A stretch of DNA of 64,000 nt from Eledone cirrhosa (taxonomy: Eukaryota): contig OZ024742.1 of the NCBI GenBank assembly GCA_964016885.1, forward strand, positions 328,476,001-328,540,000, in the 5' to 3' direction. A program made the translations under genes and the position numbers. How positions within the stretch are numbered: the stretch's first letter is position 1; the number at the start of each line of letters is the position of its first letter. This document shows, one piece after another, positions 60,255 to 64,000 of the stretch. The notes below the pieces were generated by a model. The model made no database searches. It was given only the letters and a program-made list of their open reading frames with translations, and was not told where the DNA came from.

Positions 60255-60390
60255 GTGTCATGATATTCATACATCATCATTATTATCCGCATCATCATCA
60301 TCATCATCATCATTATAATCAACATCAGGATCATAATCATGATTACCAACATAATTATCGTAATCATCACCATCATCATAATCCTGATCA
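59113..60390. repeat. (GAT)n and (CAT)n low-complexity tracts
   Basis: Direct inspection; similar tracts at 25490-25870 and 55785-55910. Confidence 0.9.
59846..59958 (-). mobile_element. SINE family A (partial)
   Basis: 3' half of the family A consensus. Confidence 0.85.
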
Positions 60391-61169
60391 TCTTTATCAT
60401 GTCTTCCGTAGTTTTTTTTTTTTGCCAGTTGCTACTGCACCAGCTGCTGCATCTCTGCATTCCGAAAGTTTCTACAAAATTAGCTTTTGGAAATTTTAGA
60501 AGTGTATTAGTGTACCACATGATAATCCTATTGTTGTGGTATTGGATTTATTTCCCTGGTTCTGGTTTTATTTCAATTATATTTCAGATAAACTTATATT
60601 GGGCGTGCGTAGACTAGCTGACAAAACATCGCAGCTAAAACATTAAAAATATTGAGCTTGACTTATACTTTATTTAGTTAAAATCGAAGAATTCTAAATC
60701 AAAACATTCTTCAAAAATATAAACCATGTAGACAACATTCTCCTCTAATGTCATAATATATTTTTCGTATTTTTATGCCAGATATCTTTCGGCAATTTGT
60801 AACTGAAGAGAGATTTATCATCACGCTTTAGACCATATTTTACGGATAAAATGTCTCTCTAAATCTGTAAATTCATACAAATGCACAATTTTGTATGAGC
60901 AATATACACGACAATTAAAGGTCTTTCTACATCCACATTTGAATGTAGCAAAATAAATAGATTTTTGCTACATCAGATTTCCTCAAGAAGAGTCTGCATA
61001 CAAAGAAACATCAATCCAAAATGAAGTCGTTATCAACACTTCAACCCAGTTTAGATTATGTATCTGCTTCAATTGAAATACTCCTTTCGTTATGTTCTCA
61101 TCATAATGCAAGTAACACAATCAATAAATAAAAAAGCAGCAAGGAGAAGGAAATATTAATTTTGTCAAT

Positions 61170-61381
61170 ATTGGTTCCTGATTTAGGCACAAGGCCAACA
61201 ATTTTGGGAAGGAGAAAGTCGATTAAATCGACCCAGTTCATTACTGATACTTTATTTTATCGATCCCGTAAGGGTGAAAGGCAGAGCTAACCTCAGCGGG
61301 ATTTGAACTCAGATCGTAAAGTGCCGTAATTCTATGCCATAAAGCATGTTACCCGACACGCTACCACTTCTGCTAATCCAC
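61170..61381 (-). mobile_element. SINE family A, older subfamily
   Basis: Consensus plus an extra ttttgggaaggagaaagtcgattaaatcgac segment, also seen near 880, 24330 and 27630. Confidence 0.8.
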
Positions 61382-62978
61382 TTGTCAATATTGACACTGT
61401 ATTCTATGAGGAAAGTCCTAGTATTGGAAACCAAGCAAAATAAATGTAACCCATACTCCAGATAACATACACATACACACACACATATATACACTCACAC
61501 ACACATACACAAACATGCACACACACTTAAATTAAACTCCAGTATAACTAAAGAAAGGATAAACAAGAACTACACATACAAAAAATAAAAAAAACTCTAG
61601 AAATTCGGAATATGACAATAATTTATAAGTAAGAAGAGTAAAAACAAATAATTAAAATCTATTAAAGTTTTTCCAGCGGAAGATATTTCTTCAAGACAAA
61701 ATAACAATAACGAAAATAGGTAAACGTTGCCAAAGGCGATTTAATGGAAACAGATATGCACGTCAATGTAATCAGTATAGATGAAATAATCACTGCTACG
61801 GTCAGTATTGTGACAAAAATTATCTAAACTCGAACAAACAACGTGAAAAGATGTGAAATAAAATAAATGATCCCCTAATCCTTCATGAAATTTACACGAA
61901 AATCACAAAAGAATACAATAAATGACAGGCAAATATTAGACAATTGCAATAAAATATTGAAATATTATCGAAATCAAAACACGCTTAGATTAGACAGTCT
62001 CGCTAAATCACAAAGAATAACTCATTATAAAAAGCGATGGCGATTTTTTTTTCCAGTTCGTATCGTCTTTATGGAAATCAAATATAACCAATATTGTGTA
62101 GTAGAAGGACCATAGACAGTGAATGTTACAGACAGGAATATTTTAAAAAATCATGGCGCATGTAGGATTTTGTGGTTAAGGAGAGCATGCTTCGCAATCA
62201 TGTGGTTCTAGATTCAATGTCACTGAATGGAATCTTGGGCAAGTGTCTTCTACGAGAGCCTCGAGTTGACCAATGACATATGAGTGGAATTTGGTTGAAG
62301 AGAACTGTAGAAAGCTGCCGAACATATGGTGTGTGTGTGTGTGCGTGTATCTGTGTGTGCGTGTGTATGTGTGTATGTGTGTGTTTGTGTGTGTGTGTAC
62401 GAGCGTGTGTGTATGCGTGTATTTATATCTCGTAATTCAAGAAACATATGTATTTCAATTATACCATGAATAAACAGCATTCAATTCTTCAGATACAAGC
62501 AAAATATAAAATAATGATAAGGAATTCAGCTCCTGTTTGGTTATTCAGAGGTTGAACCGTCTCTCCTTTTCATTTGTACCTGATGTTAATATATTTAACT
62601 AACATACCAATCCAGACTGGACATTGGTTCAAATGCTAAGCGAAAACAATAAGACATCTTTAATATATAGATGACTTTACTTTCTACAGTGAAGGGGATA
62701 TGCAACACGAAACACTTTTACACAGATTTAGTTGTATAATTGAGATGGATTTTTCCTTTAAGAAAGGAAAATTAATAAAAGAAAAAAAAACAACAAAACA
62801 ACACTAATATCATGTTTTATGAATAGAAATAAAGAAATTTAATTCAACAGGATTACAATTACAAATACTTTGGTCACAATAAACTAATCCAATTACAACA
62901 CAGACAAATGAAAAATGATAGGATTGAATATGATAAATTCATTTGATGAATTCTGACAACAGAACTAAAATAAAATAA

Positions 62979-63162
62979 GATAATTGTTTCTACTTTAGGT
63001 ACAAGGCCAGCAATTACCCTGTGCATTACTGGTACTTTATTTTATCGACCTCGTAAGGATGAAAGGCAAAGTAAACCTTGGCGGGATTTGAACTCAGACC
63101 GTAAAGGGACGTAACTATGCTGGAAAGCATGGCGTCCGACTCTCTACCGATACTGCCAATCC
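62979..63162 (-). mobile_element. SINE family A
   Basis: Matches the family A consensus. Confidence 0.9.
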
Positions 63163-64000
63163 AATAAGATAATACATTAATAATTTGGCTGTACATACAT
63201 TAGATATTAGTATTAGAGTTTCTGTTCTGTTACTGTTATATTTTCAATTAAAGCCAAATAAATTTTCATTTTACTGATTATCTGAACTGCAACCTAACAA
63301 AATACTAAAATATATCAGATGCTAAAGTTTAAAACCACTACCAAGATAATAATACAAGAACCAAAGAAATGATGAATATGTTTAGTTTGTATGTCATTTA
63401 ATTCTTCTGCCATACAAAAATGTTTAATTTATTTATATTCAATTAAGTACGAGTATTGTAAATAATTACTATGTAATATTATAACTACTTTCTACGTTCG
63501 TCTTAATTTTTAGTTGTTTTGTTATCAGCCTGGATAAAGGTTACGATAAATGCGCAATTGACACATTAAGATGAAATTTCTTTATTGAAATCTTCGATGT
63601 TGTCCTTTGTGTGGATTTACATACCTTCTCTGTTGAAAAATATAAATTTTTTGATCATATTTTTTAGCATAACGCATACCGTGCATCGAAATATTACCTA
63701 TAAGTAGATTTTACTGGTTTATAATCAGAATCAAAGTGTGTGAGTCTTAATGAAGTACAACACCTGTTGAATTTCGTTTATTTCTTGACTGCTTGCCCTC
63801 CTGCCATCTGTAATTAGTTTTAGCAATTCACAGACAAAAACGCTAGCTCGCAAACATATTATAATCTCAATCTAACACGTTCACTCCAATACGTAAATAC
63901 TAAATATTTATTTATATAGTTATCTATATATAATGGATATACTTCTGTTATTGCTTTACAGGAATTGTGCTAATAATTTTGAATTTGTACTTACAAATTG

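Overview
AT-rich, repeat-dense animal genomic DNA. The (TA)n/(CA)n/(GA)n load and the SINE/LINE types suggest a cephalopod such as Octopus (inference). The only host coding sequence is the large first coding exon of a heparan sulfate 3-O-sulfotransferase (HS3ST-like, minus strand, 28511-30093), which ends at a GT donor; 1-28510 is therefore intron and no further exon was recognised. Nearly all long ORFs in the track are microsatellite artefacts. The rest is mobile DNA: many copies of two tRNA-derived SINE families, two 5'-truncated RTE LINEs, CR1/L2-like and RLE-type LINE remnants, a Penelope-like (GIY-YIG) element end, a probable Helitron end, MITE-like pieces and several minisatellites. Two non-obvious signals stand out. 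(1) Most short unique islands inside (TA)n tracts carry type I hammerhead ribozyme (HHR) motifs from about eight sequence families, including a near-perfect 312-bp tandem array with four intact HHRs (retrozyme-like) at 4469-5728. (2) Many of these islands are folded back into palindromes, and in several the two arms share locus-private mutations, pointing to local template-switch duplication. All structures were read by eye; no folding or database search was run.
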